Position numbers and translations under genes: made by a program. The notes below the pieces were generated by a model. It saw only the letters and a program-made list of their open reading frames with translations. It ran no database searches and had not been told where the DNA came from. A stretch of DNA of 64,000 nt from Conidiobolus incongruus B7586 (lineage: Eukaryota): the NCBI GenBank assembly GCA_000697335.1, contig JNEM01011122.1, forward strand, positions 1 to 64,000, written 5' to 3'. This document shows, piece by piece, positions 37,031-50,751 of this stretch. Positions within the stretch are counted from its first letter, which is position 1. Each line of letters opens with the position of its first letter.

Positions 37031-40000
37031 AAAGTGGAGAATATGATTATTAATCATAGCATTTTTACTTTAAACTCGCTATAATATATGGATAAAATAT
37101 TGAAATAAAACTGATTGAACTTGTGTTTTATAATGTTTTGTAAATAAAGATCATTGTTAGAAAAGTACTTGTAATACAATTTAGTAAAATATTTATTAAT
37201 CTTGTATGTCTTAAAGTTTATTTAAATAATTGATTTAGTGAATGATATATCTAACAAAGAGAACAAATAGAACATAGAATATACTTTCATTATAAACTGA
37301 CAAAGCCACTATAAATGAGGGGTAGTATGGGCTTAACTATCGAATTGAGACGGACAGGTATTTTCAAAATACAACAAAAGGTATCACTACTATTTACTTT
37401 CTATAATTATTAATTATTAAATAAAGAATATTTAATTAAAAAATTAAAGAATTAATATATCAATTCTCATCATTATAAAAAATTACAAAGGATTAACTTG
37501 TGAAAAAATTGTGCAGATTATTAATTAATATATCAAAGAGTCTAGAATACAAATTATAAAAAACGTTATACAAATGTATATCAGTGAAATTTAGTAGCAT
37601 TTGTAGAATCTTCATACTTTTATTTTTTTTATATATCATTTATAAGGCTTAATCAAAAGGTAAAAGACCACCAAACTTAGTTATTTCAATGCTTTTGGCT
37701 ACAAGTAATCTACACATTGTTCATGATATTTCGGATTGCTTTGGATCGCTTTGTTTTTACTTGATATCACTAAAATTATTTCTAAAAATTATATTTTATT
37801 ATTGTGTAAACCAATCCTGTGATATGACTTTAATCAGTTTTTCATCATTAATATTAACTAAACATCAAGTTCAGAATGTAGAGCTTAAATTGAATAATTT
37901 TAAATATTATCATTAATTTAGGATTTGAATGTCATTAAATTCATTGTAAGATTTCAGGTATAATTAATGGGTATTCAATACTGGCATTGGTGAAATCTTT
38001 ATACTATGTCTAATTCATTTTGATTATATAAACTAAAATACGAAAGGTAATTATACCAATTTGTGAACTTATTCCAAATTTGAATTTTAAACAACTCTCA
38101 AGAGATTGATTGATTTTATGTTAAACTCCACAAGATTATATCTCAGAATATATAATTTTTTTTCTTTAATATTTTTATCAGAACTAACATAAATTAAAAT
38201 ATTTACATTTTTGAAACTATTCAGAGTTAAATTAGTTTGAATCTCTCAGTTGAATTATTTCAAAATATAAATAAAATATTATTTATAATATAACTATACC
38301 ATATGATAATTTTCTTATAATAAATTGATAGGGATGGAATTTAATAATTAAAAGATTAATTTAAGAACATTGTTTAATAAATAGGAAATGTTATGTTAAT
38401 AATGTCAATAATAACCATTCAGAGTATGATTCAATCCATTTTTAATAAGTTACCTAAATAACTTCATTGCAGCTCATTAAATTAAAAATATGATGCATTT
38501 ATTCAATGTAAAAATCTATCAAAATATGTATATCATAAAATAATAATAATAATTATATAATATTTTTTGAATTTTAGATTAAATTAGATATGATGAAAAA
38601 TGAGAATATATATATTTGAATGATATCACATCCAATGTGATCAATACATTTTCTATCTTTATCTCACTATTTTTTCTTATTTTTGTAATTCTGATTTTAA
38701 TAATATAATTACAAAAATTTATTTATTAAACATATATTCATTAATTGAATTATAATATTGAGAATATTATTACAATCAATAATTATATTTTCATGGTTTA
38801 ATCATATTGATTAACAAATTAATTACAATCAATAGATAATAGATTTCAATAATTATCAATCATATATTATTTGACTATTATGATTAACTTGAATATAAAT
38901 AGTAAATAGATATAAAAGATATGACATATATATTCCTATTTATTTAAATTTATTTTCCAAAGGTGAATTAGGAATAAATATTCTCTATTTTCATAATCTT
39001 TTTATATCGCGCATTTTTTAATTTTCAATTTTGATATGTAATAAAATTAAATAACTATTATGATTTAAATCATGATCGTGATATCTAATTATTTTAAAAA
39101 TATTAAATATACACAATCTCAATCTTAACCCTTTTTTCAAAATATAATTCGTGTTTGATGAAATAGTGTAAATATCTATATAATCCAAAAGGGCGTTAAT
39201 AATAGTTCAATTTTGGTAAATAAATGCATTTATGAATATCATACACTAATAAAAAAATTAAATCTTTGAATTCTAACCTATAAAATTATATATCTAATGA
39301 TTTTAAAAATATACTTGATGCATTATTATTAGTGCTATTCTTGTTTAGAAAAATGGATAACAGTGAATTTAATAAATTTGAATTTATAATATTAATTATA
39401 TAATAAACATCAAATACTCACAGATTTTATTGAATAATAATTCAGTTTATTTTAATAATCTTGAAAGCATTAATAATTCAAACTTTTATTATAATCTTAG
39501 TATATATTTGGGTTAATAATGGTTATGATGAATATATATTGAATGTAATTTTGGTTTTAAAATTATAACCTGTTGAATTCCCATTAACTTCCTTCGAATA
39601 ACTTTTGAAACTTAGACATTTTAGTTAGTTACATTAGGACAGTATTTTTCAAGTATATTGTATTATAATATTATATCATATATTAGAAATATTTTTTATC
39701 AAAAATATCAATATTCGAATATTAAATGAATTCTTGTTTCTGTGAGTATTAAAAATTATTAAGTGCAAAAGATTATTTGATATTATTAAATTTGGATATA
39801 TAGCAAGGAAAATAAATTATAGTGAGAGAATAAGTATCATATAATTAAATATAAATGACAAGAAACTTATTGGAATATAACAATGGTTTTTATATTTGAA
39901 ATTATATTGCTAAACATAATTAAGATAACTTATTCATATTATATTCTGACAAAATTTTGAATCTACTTAATTTACTAAAATAAGTAATATACCTATATTT

Positions 40001-41231
40001 TCATCCAATATTCACTTATTATTCCTCAATTCATACTACAATGGTTGAATTTTATATTCAACCAATCATATTTTCCCCACTAAATATTCTCAAATAGTTC
40101 GATAAATGGGAATTTCTAAAGTTTTAATATCTGAAAATATTTTATAAATATAATTTAATAGTTTTATACATTAATAATATAGTGAATAATTGACCAAAAT
40201 TTTAATTATTGTAATTATATATTTTAAGGTAATTATTAATATAAAATTAAATATATATGTTTAAATGATGAATATTTTATTATATATCTCATTGAAGCTG
40301 TTCTAAATAAAGATAATATCATTGAAACTTTAGTTATTGAAAATAAAGTGAAGTTATAAAATCAATAGATTTTTTTCAATCTGGATTTTCTAAATATTTT
40401 AGTAGACTTAAAACCTATATCCACTACTAATATAATAATATTTGATAAATGTGATGAACAATAATATTATGATCAAGGATTTGAAAAATTGGCATTATTG
40501 TCTAATTTTGAATTAAGAATATTTTAAAGTTATTTATGTTTAGTTAATGAAATTAAAACAAGATATTGTATATATATAATATTAAACTTAAATTTTCATT
40601 TTAATACAAATATATAAAATTAATATAAATATTTAAAATCAATTTGAATTATTCAGGATAAATTTGACATTTTATAAATAGCTTCGAAATTAACAAAATT
40701 TTATCTATAAATTGATGATTAAGAGTGATTAATAATTGATATTTTGTTAGTACAAAAATTAAGTAATTATATCTTAATTAATAAGACATAATCATTTACT
40801 ATAGAATGTATATGAATAAAATTAAACATAATTTTATTGTGAAATTGGGCAAAATGAATTGAAGTAGTTAATGATGATGATCTAATAGGATAAGATAGTG
40901 ATTAGATTGATTTTATCTTATACCCATAAATTAATTAAAAATTTTTATATTAATTGACTGAAATTACTATTGATTTTGTTCAATCATTTGAATTATCAAT
41001 ATGGAATCCATGGCTGTGATTGGCTGATTGGATAGCAAATAGTTGAAAAGTTTAGTGTGAGTGTGTCGATATAATATGGATTAAAAAATGGTGTTGAAAT
41101 TAACCTTGTGTTGGTAACATAATAAATCTTTGGTAATAACTTGCGTATCCTTTATTTAGTGATTATTTCAACACCCAATATCACCAATATCCCCTAAATC
41201 ATTTGTATTGACTCTGTTTATTAGTTCCACA

Positions 41232-42410
41232 ATGTTGGGTAGATTATCATCTTCTGCTATTCGATCTGCTTCTCGTCAATTTTATCAACAGGTAGATCTC
41301 AATCAAGAATTCAATTTCAATCAAGAGCTTAATCATTTGTATTTTTCATTTAATCAATAGACTCGTGCCTCCTCCACTCAGTCTGCTAAACCTATTGTAA
41401 GAAATAATTTCAATCAGTTAAATTAATCAAAATTATACTAAGCGATTTTTTCCGATCATTTTATTAGGCCAACAAATTAGAGTTTGCTGCTGCTACCGCT
41501 CTTACATTAATCGCTGGTGGAACTGGACTTGCCCTCTATACCACTCCCACTGTCAATGCTTCTGCTGCTGATGACGGTCTCCATCCCCCCTCCTATCCTT
41601 GGGTTCAAAATAGCTGGATTAGCACTTTTGACCACGCCAGTATCCGTCGTGGTTACCAAGTTTACAAGGAAGTTTGCGCTGCCTGTCACTCTTTGAACCG
41701 CATTGCCTTCCGTAACTTGGTTGGTGTCTCCCACACCGAAGAAGAAGCTAAGGCTTTGGCTGAAGAATTTGAGTACACTGATGGTCCCAATGATGAAGGT
41801 GAAATGTTTGAACGTCCAGGAAAAGTAATTAGATTGATTTATTATATTTAAAATCTTTAATTTATTTAATGTAAATCTAGTTATCTGATTATTTCCCCAA
41901 TCCTTACCCCAATGAAGAAGCTGCCCGTGCTGGTAATGCCGGTGCTTTGCCTCCCGATTTGAGTTTAATCGTCAAGGCCCGTCACGGTGGTGCCGTATGT
42001 CTAATACATTTTATAATAGTAATTTTAATTTGGTCTAACCTCGTGTGTTTTTATAGGATTATATCTTCTCTCTTCTTACTGGTTACGTCGATCCCCCTGG
42101 TGGTGTAGAAGTTCGTGAAGGTTTGAACTACAACCCCTACTTCCCTGGTGGTGCTATTGCTATGGCTCGTGTCTTATTCGATGGTTTAGTCGAATACGAA
42201 GATGGTACCCCTGCCACCACCTCCCAAATGGCTAAGGATGTTACCAACTTCTTACACTGGGCTTCTGAACCCGAACACGATGATCGTAAGAGAATGGGTA
42301 TGAAGGCCGTTTTCATTTTATCTTTACTCACTGGTATGTCCATTTGGTTAAAGAGATTCAAGTGGTCTACTCTCAAGACTCGTAAAATTGTTTACAACCC
42401 CTCTAAATAA
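41232..42410 (+). CDS. CYT1: Cytochrome c1, mitochondrial complex III heme protein, 5 exons, 306 aa
   Basis: Exons 41232-41291, 41361-41396, 41468-41824, 41881-41994, 42057-42410 (921 nt). Arg/Ser-rich presequence plus hydrophobic sorting stretch, [22 protein letters not shown] (CxxCH), [19 protein letters not shown]-terminal TM helix. Confidence 0.97.
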
Positions 42411-43318
42411 GAAATCATAAATTTTGTTAGCTGATAAAAGTGAAATAATTTGATAACAAATAACACTAATACAATTTAAAAATTAATATACCTTACTCTA
42501 TTTATTTTATTATCAATTTCATACTTCACCATTTATATTGATATTTTGTTATCAAATGCTAAAGGCTATGATTTTGTTTATTCATTTTGACTGTATTATG
42601 ATTATACAACCCGATCAATAAAGTTATTATATCATTTTGATCTTTTATACCATATTCATATTATTATATTTCTAATTAAAATGTTATACTGTATTTTAGC
42701 TCAAAACTTAAGATTGAATATATGTAAATTGGATTTGTCAACCTAGAATTATATCTCCAAATTTTTATATAAATTATTTTAAATTTAATATTAGTTTCAA
42801 GCAATGAAATATATAACAATGTACACAATTCCAGTTATATGATCATTATATTTTTTTGAATGATTTGAAAATACTTTATTGAATATTATTTTATATAAAT
42901 ACTTTAATATAGTTATTAAATTCAAATAATACCATGTAAAGCTAATAAATTTTAACAATTAAAATCAAAAAATATTTCACAAAATTTAATTAGAAAAATA
43001 ATTATAATTTTCAATTTTAACAAATTCATTTATAAGGATAAACTGTTTTAAAATAGATATTAAAGTTTATTATTATTTAACAATCGATATTGTATTAGGA
43101 CCTTTTGACAAATTTAGCAGTATATGGAATAACTTATATTACTTAGGTTTGATTCAATAGTTAAAACATATATATGTATATAATTTTATTTAAGTTTTTA
43201 TTGAGATAGTGTTTAAATATTTTCATTTATTAATCTATTATGTTGCAAAATTAATATTTGAAAAATATTTATGCAAGCTTGTTTGTTTTATATCACTTTG
43301 ATAATATACATGGGTTTG

Positions 43319-45240
43319 TTAAAGAGGCGAGAAATGGAAATCGTTGGTATGATCAGAGTTTTCATCATCTTCTTGATCAGATTGATTATCATTTGATCTT
43401 TCTGGAGAAAATGAAGCTCTAGAGTTAGGCCAAATATTCCTGGGAAATCCGTATGTGATAACATAATTTCTTACAGGAGGACGGTCTTGGGGTGGGTCAC
43501 TTGGATCAGAGGTATCAGACCGACCATCATCCGAGATTTCACCTGTATATCCGTATAAACCCATGAGAAGTGCTCCAAGATCAAATCGAGTAATGTGATG
43601 ATGCCCTAACTGTCTGTTTCTTTCATTCTTCAGACAAATTCTTTTTACATTAGGCATATGCGATTCTTGGCTATAGTATTTAACAACTTCAACATTGCTA
43701 TCAGTAAGCAGTTGATTATTTGATTCTGATTCCATAAAAGTATCAGATAGCGTTAATTTACACATTTCAACGCGGGATGAAGGGGAAAGAATTTTCACCG
43801 AGTCATCAATACCAGACACGGCGATCGAAGGATCGAATGGATGCCCTTCCATACAGTTGACTATTTCGGCATCACAAGTTAATATTTGCACCACATTCCC
43901 CTTCTCTTTATCCCAAATAAATAACTTGCCATCGTCACTTCCCGACATCACATATTCATCTTGAGGGCCATAAAAATTCACATCCTTTACAGTTTGAATG
44001 TTGCAGTGACCAGAATATGATCTTATCGGACATATATAATCGATTTGTTCTGATGAGTTGTTTTCTCTTGATAGATCAGGTTCATCGGTAATAAAAGAAG
44101 ATCGATCGTGTATATCAATGTCACTCCTGTGCTCTTCATCTTCGGAATCGATATAACCATCTCCATAATTAGTTCCCCAGGGGTGTGTATGACTTATAAT
44201 AGAATCATTGCTATCAGAGTCATTATCTTGGTTTTGATGAACTTCACGTTGAATATCAAAGAGATAGATTCGTTCACCAGACCAAGATGATAAAAATTCA
44301 GTGCGATTGTATTTGCTAAATCTAATTGCTGTAATTGTATCACTGGGTCTACTATCATAAGCATGAATTGAAAATTTAGAAATATATGTAGGGGAATCTG
44401 AATTTTTGGCCATTCTTAAATCGCTCAAAAATACATGCCTATTCTCACCACCAACTAAAATGTAGTGTGGATCAAATGGGTTGACTGATAATGCTGTCAA
44501 ATCTTGAGAAATTTTTTCATAGTTAAATAAGGGTTTACGATGAGAACTAGAACAAAAATGATTTTCTCTCAGGTCTGTAAGTCTAATAGTACTGTCTTCA
44601 CTGCAGGATAAAAAGGTATGCGAAGATAATGGTGCTATTTTTTTCACTCTCTTGGTATGGCATCTACAAGTTTGTCTACCGGAATTAGATGTATATCTCA
44701 TGTCCCCTTCGTAATTGATATCGAATACTTTGATAAGTTTATCTGCGGCGCCACAAACTATTGTCGAGTCATTTGTATGCGGCATGAATTTAGCATCAAA
44801 AATATTTCCCGTGTGGCCTGGTTAAAAAGATTTAGCTCAGTATATGATATATATTATTATTAAAATATTATATAAACCTGTATCAATAGAAATAGTTGGA
44901 GAATAATCTTCATAATTCCAAATATATAATTTAGTATCGTCAGAGCCAGATAAAAGATATTTGCCGTCGGAAGACCAACTATAGAAATAATATGTAAATG
45001 TTCAAAATTTAAATATAATTGTATATAAAATATACCATAAAGTATTAACACAACCAGTGTGAGCTTCTAAAGTATTTGAAATTTCAAAAGTTTGAACGAT
45101 AGATAAATCTGAATGAATTTTCCTTTCTAAATAATTTATATTAATATTTTATATGATAAAATATTGGTAAAGTTTTATTTACTAAATGTTCTATTGGGTT
45201 TTAACAGACGTTCAAAGTGTCTTTGGAACAAAGAATTCAT
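43319..45240 (-). CDS. WD40 protein of the DCAF8/DCAF6/WDTC1 (DDB1-CUL4-associated factor) family, 4 exons, 582 aa
   Basis: Exons 45240-45183, 45126-45036, 44978-44878, 44817-43319 (1749 nt). LEAHTGCVNTLCWS, LLSGSDD, TGHTGNIFDAKFMP, YSGHCNIQTVKDVNFYG..DEYVMSGSDDG.LFIWDK, IVNCMEGHP. Confidence 0.85.
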
Positions 45241-45851
45241 AATTGAGCAGTTATATTTAATGAATACTTATTTGAAATCAGTGAAATAGTTTTAAAATTT
45301 ACGATATTATTTAATGGTTTAAATAGTTGTAATTAAGTGAATGTGGATCTTTTTCACCTTGAAAACTTTATTTAGCAGTCATTCAAATGGCCAGATTTTT
45401 TATTAATTATGGGATAAACAAAGGTTTTTAATAATTGAATGTAATTTTTAATAGTTTCATTAATCAAATTTATAGGTAATCAGTTAATTATTGAACTTTT
45501 ATGACATCAACTTTAATAAATGTTTGAAATATATATCACTTTAAAAAAATTTATTAAAAAGTAACATTAATCTCTTTTGCATTGTTCAATAAACATAATT
45601 ATAATTTATATGATGGCTTGTAATTCCCTACCTAAATAATAGTACAATTAATGGAATTTTAATACTAATCAGATTGGTATTTCGTATTATCAGAGCAAAT
45701 TGATATATAATAACAATTATGGTATATATACATTTATATAAAATTTCAATTTTATTTGACTACAAATTGTAAATTAATATTGATGCAATGCTTTAAAGAC
45801 ATTTGATATTTAATTGATTATATTATAATTATAGTATAACAATGAAAGTAT

Positions 45852-46244
45852 TCATAATTTAGATTCGTAATAAACTAATTTAAATAGATAATCTAATCGA
45901 GCTGCTAATATCGTTTTCCCTTTTGCTTTGAATTTACTATGTAAGAATGCTTTTTGAGCTTTTTTCTTGCCAGAGAAAATCTTATGCAACAAATCATCAT
46001 GAATAATGATAACAACATCTGGCTTTTCGTCCAGTGTACCACTGATGACCATGGGTCTTTCATTTTTGAGGTCAATAGTCCATGACTTCATTTGACTTTG
46101 TCTATTGATGACATCAAACTGGAAGCGATACTTCAAACTATATGAGATATTTTTAACTTGATCATCTGTCAATAATTCAAATCTTTTTGCTAGCCATTCA
46201 AAGTTGGGAGTAGAGTGAAATCCGTGAACTTGATAGAGAGTCAT
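45852..46244 (-). CDS. SCP2 sterol/lipid carrier domain protein with PTS1 (-SKL), divergent paralog, 130 aa
   Basis: SWTIDLK, KPDVVI, AQKAFLHSKFKAKG..ILAARLD; C-terminal SKL; TATAAATA ~50 nt upstream. Confidence 0.85.
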   Translation of the reverse strand: MTLYQVHGFHSTPNFEWLAKRFELLTDDQVKNISYSLKYRFQFDVINRQSQMKSWTIDLKNERPMVISGTLDEKPDVVIIIHDDLLHKIFSGKKKAQKAFLHSKFKAKGKTILAARLDYLFKLVYYESKL

Positions 46245-46940
46245 CTTGATTAAATGTAATCTAAAAAAGCCACCCTGGATTGATTAGAGCTGGTATTTAT
46301 ACTAAACTTTCAATACACACTTTCATTAAGTCAATATGCATTTAAGTGCAAAATCAATTAACTTTATTAAGGATTTTAATTATCACACTATATTGGATGA
46401 AACTGTTGACCCAACAACAATCGATTTACCGATAATTAATTCAGCATAAAAAGAATATTGATGAATTTGTAATATTTTTGCTGTACAAATAAAATAATAC
46501 AATATGTAATAGGATTGAATCATATTTAATCATCGTTCAAATATTTCATTGTTTCAAACTAAATCATTTTGAGCCATAATGAGTTGATAATGCTAATAAA
46601 ACTTACATTAATATTCCATCTTATAAAATAATTATATGTATATATAGCATTTATCAACAAAGACTAGATATATTAAAGTGTAAAATATAAATGGTAGGTA
46701 TAGTGGTATTTTTGATTAAAAGATAATATAATTGAAAGTATCTAGCCAGATAAGGTATATATATCAATTTCATATCGTGCAAAATGTTTTATAATACAAA
46801 AAGATTCAATAATTGAACAAGTACATATAATAGTAATTAAGATTGTTGAAATATAGGTAATAAAGGTAAGTATAAATCTAAAATAAAATACAAATAAATT
46901 TATTCATAAAAAAATTGAAGAGAATGATAAACTCTAAGAT

Positions 46941-47330
46941 TTACAACTTGGCATTACCACGGACTTCTTTGAAGATATTGTCTAATTTAGTAGCTAAGAG
47001 CATTTGTCCTTTAACCTTAATTTTACCTTGCATAAAGGATTTTTGAGCGTTGGCCTTACCCTGGAAAAGTTGGACAAAGAGGTCGTCACCAACTTCAATA
47101 ATTACGTCAGACTTTCCAGGAGCACCATTCTTGACTTCAGGTTTTCCGCTCTTGAGATCAACTGTCCAGGTTTCTTCCTTCCCACTGCTATTCTTAATCT
47201 TAAATGCAAAGACAGCCTTAGCTTGTTTAGCTAATTTGTCTTGTTTGTCTTGGGGTAAAGATTTGAAAGCAGAATCAATTTGCTTGAAAGCTTCAGAGGC
47301 TTTGTATCCAGAAACGTCGTTAAGAGTCAT
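46941..47330 (-). CDS. SCP2 sterol/lipid carrier domain protein (POX18-like) with PTS1 (-AKL), 129 aa
   Basis: AVFAFKIKN..GKEETWTVDLK, NAQKSFMQGKIKVKGQMLLATKLD, C-terminal AKL. The ATG at 47330 aligns with the paralog start (MTL). Confidence 0.9.
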   Translation of the reverse strand: MTLNDVSGYKASEAFKQIDSAFKSLPQDKQDKLAKQAKAVFAFKIKNSSGKEETWTVDLKSGKPEVKNGAPGKSDVIIEVGDDLFVQLFQGKANAQKSFMQGKIKVKGQMLLATKLDNIFKEVRGNAKL

Positions 47331-49192
47331 TTTAATATAATATTTAAGTTTCAATGAAAGGAAATAATTTAAAGGTACATGGCAAATCCTTATTTATATT
47401 TCTCTATATTGTCCTATTCCCTTTTCAGCAAATGGTTAAAAATTAATGATGATTGGTCATCAGGTGACGTAATTTTATGAAAAAAACAAAACTATCATAT
47501 GAAGAGTTAACATTCAGAATAATTCCAATATAAGATCTTTTGAATAATATTTAAATACGTATTATATATATACCTATTAAAATCATGAAATGAATATATA
47601 GTCACTTTCATAATAACTTCTAAACGAATATCGAATTAAAATTTATTTTATTAATGCAAATTTGAGTAAAATTTAATATCAAAGATGCATCTTAAAACCA
47701 TTAGCATTTGATAATCAAACTAATTCACAAACTTTAATAACAAAGGAATAAAAATGATATTATTATCCACATCATGTACATATGACAACTATCGGACCAT
47801 CATATTTTTAATTATGTCTTGAGACTTTTTATATAATACTAAACTTGATTTTATAATAATTTATATTCTAAATCGTCTAAATAAAAAAAATATAAATTTT
47901 TTTAACTTTGGCATTTATTCAACTCTATTCTAATTAGCAATCACATCTTAATCTTGACTATGAAATATTGTACTTTTTATTATATCTCATTATATACTGA
48001 TAAATTTTTAGATATTAAGTGCATAACCACTACTTTAGGCAGGATATTCCTGCAAATACTTTGATATCTTTAAGTTGCTCAAGACATAAAACAGATATTT
48101 TGAATTAATTTTTTATTCAACTAAATATAGAATAATCACAAATATTAATATATTTTTTATTAAAATGATGATGATTATTTTCAATATCCAGATATTTAAT
48201 ATATATATATATATATAACACAATAGAAGAAAGATCAGAAATACTATGACATATGATAATCTAATTAACAATCTTTGGTTGTTATAATTTCTTTCATATG
48301 AAATATATTGACATTGCTATCTTTCAAATCTATTTTATTTATTTTATGTATATTCTCAAACTATATATATTTGAGTTTTATTAAAGTTCGACCACTACAC
48401 TATGAAATACAATATCCTTAAGATATAACCAAAACATTGAAAAATGTTGTAATCAAAAATTAAATATGAATTATATCATACTTTTTCAAATACTTAATAA
48501 ATACTATCTATTGAATCATTTAAATATGTAGTTGTCATCTAAATCCAATATAATATTTGCTCTAATACCTGATGAACAATTATCCGGATATATTGGTTAA
48601 TTAAAATTCAAAGAGTTATGTTAATAAAAATACCAGATTGCCATTAATAACGAAAAAAATAAAGATAAAATAAATAATGGTATTTTAATAATAAAAATTA
48701 ATAAATTATAAATAATAAGCAATAAATTATTTAGTACAATATAACATATAGTATATAAAATATTTGGGTTCAAATTAAAGAAAATTTGGCAATTTATCGA
48801 AAACTTCGATTTGATACAGATTAACAATGATATATTCATAATATAAATATATAACATTATGTGAATTGAAAAACCATGACATTTATGTTGTTCACGTTTA
48901 ATTGATATATTAAATTGATTAATTAAGCTTATCATAGCATTTATATTAGAGTATTTTGTTGAATTTTTTGTACAAAAATTTTACTATCATAATAAAATAA
49001 TAACAAAATCATTGTAATTGATATATGTAAAATATTATATTTTGAAATTTAATAAATACAAGTTTTTCAAATAATTTTTCGTTATAATTATTATAATTTA
49101 AATAATCTCAGGCCAAGATACGTTATTATATGAGAAATAACTCTCAATACTTAAATAGAATTATATAACTGATGCTCTACCAATCTACTTAC

Positions 49193-49227
<35 letters not shown>
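49193..49227. repeat. (AAT)n microsatellite
   Basis: Read directly; about 11 units. Confidence 0.95.
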
Positions 49228-49228
<1 letters not shown>

Positions 49229-49410
49229 CAAAATTCTATATAAAAAAAGGTTTTATTATTAAAATAAAACATGAATTCAAACACCTTCTGGTTAGTATGA
49301 CAATTTTGTGCAAACGCCATGAAGAATAGAATTAAAAAAATTACTAGAAACACAGTTAATAATATTAATCAATATTTTAATCAACTAGGATCAAATATTG
49401 ATCAAAATAC

Positions 49411-50751
49411 TCAATTAGAAGTTGTTGTATTAGCTGCAGCAGGTTCTGGGAAAGAAGTAGGGACTGGAAAAGTATCTTGATTTTGAGCGGGGGGATTAAG
49501 CAATTGATTGGGGATTTCTTCAGGCTTGGAAATTGTGCTATTAGCAATTGGTTGATCATTGAATGTTGAACTATTGGGAATAGTAGTAGAAACATATGGC
49601 ACACTCTGTTGAATACCATTGGCTTGAGGAATAGTAGAGTTTGATAAAACTTGTGCTTCAGGTTGGGTGGCTTGTTGATCTAAAGAAATTTGAGGCTGGA
49701 CATTTACAGAATTAATGAATGGGAGATTTTGCTGAGAGCTTAAGTTAGCATCGGAAATAGGTTGTGGTTTGGGATTTGAATCAGCTTGAGGAATAGTTTG
49801 GGGAATGGGGTTTGAATTAACCTGTGGAATAGGTTGAGGATTGATATTTGAATCAGCTTGAGGAATAGCTTGATTGTCTGAAATGGCTGGGATAGACACA
49901 TTTTCACTAGTGGCTGAGGGAATTGATTCATGCTCAATTTTTCCTCTTTTATTTTGGGGTTCTTCGTTGTCGTCAGTGGTTTGGGGTTTTGAATTGGTTT
50001 CGGGAGCAACAGGATTTTGGTCTGATTTTTTGGGTCTTCCTCTTTTACCTTTGGTTTCTGGTGTTTTAATAGTCTTGGGTTCACTAGTTCCGGTAGCATT
50101 CTTTGGTGGTCTTCCTCTCTTGCCTTTAGTTGAAGTTGAAGCTCTTGGACCCCTCTTTCCTGATTTTTGGGTAGGTTCAACGGAAACTTGATACACAGAA
50201 GTCTTTTTAATTTGTCTGCCACTTCTACTAGTTTCAGGGATATAGTTACCAAGGTCATTAAATCGTTCAAAAGTATCTTTATTTTTTTGACCTTTTTTCC
50301 TTCCTCTTTGCGGCTTAGAATCTAACAAAATAAAATTTATAATATTTAATATATTCTTAAAATTAAATATAATTACCATTTTCTTTATTTTCAGAGTTCT
50401 CTTCCAAAATAGAATCTTCAGGGTTGGAAACGGGAGCTGATTCTGAATTTTGATTACCATTTAATTGTACTTCAGGAGCTTTTTCTAATTCAAGTTAATT
50501 TATTGAAATATATATACATATATCAAATCAGATTTACCTTCATTTGAATGAGAATTGGACCCGTTTGGAATGGAATCTTGACCAACAGGTTGAATTTCTT
50601 GCTTATTGCCAAGATCAGCTGAATTATCGTTCTGTTGAGTAGGTTCAGCTACTTTTTGAACTGGGTTCACATCTTGAACAGGTTCTAAAGAAAGGTTTGG
50701 TTGAGTTTGAACTGTTTCAGTTAGGTTGTTATCATTAATTGGTAAAGACAT
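49411..50751 (-). CDS. AT-hook, largely disordered nuclear protein, 3 exons, 410 aa
   Basis: Exons 50751-50538, 50484-50377, 50321-49411 (1233 nt, GT-AG, open). AT-hooks KRGRPPK and KRGRPKK; P/Q/N/S-rich tail. Confidence 0.78.
49759..49866 (-). repeat. Coding minisatellite, three 36-bp (12-aa) units
   Basis: IPQADSNINPQP / IPQVNSNPIPQT / IPQADSNPKPQP; GAATCAGCTTGAGGAATAG recurs 72 bp apart. Confidence 0.8.
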
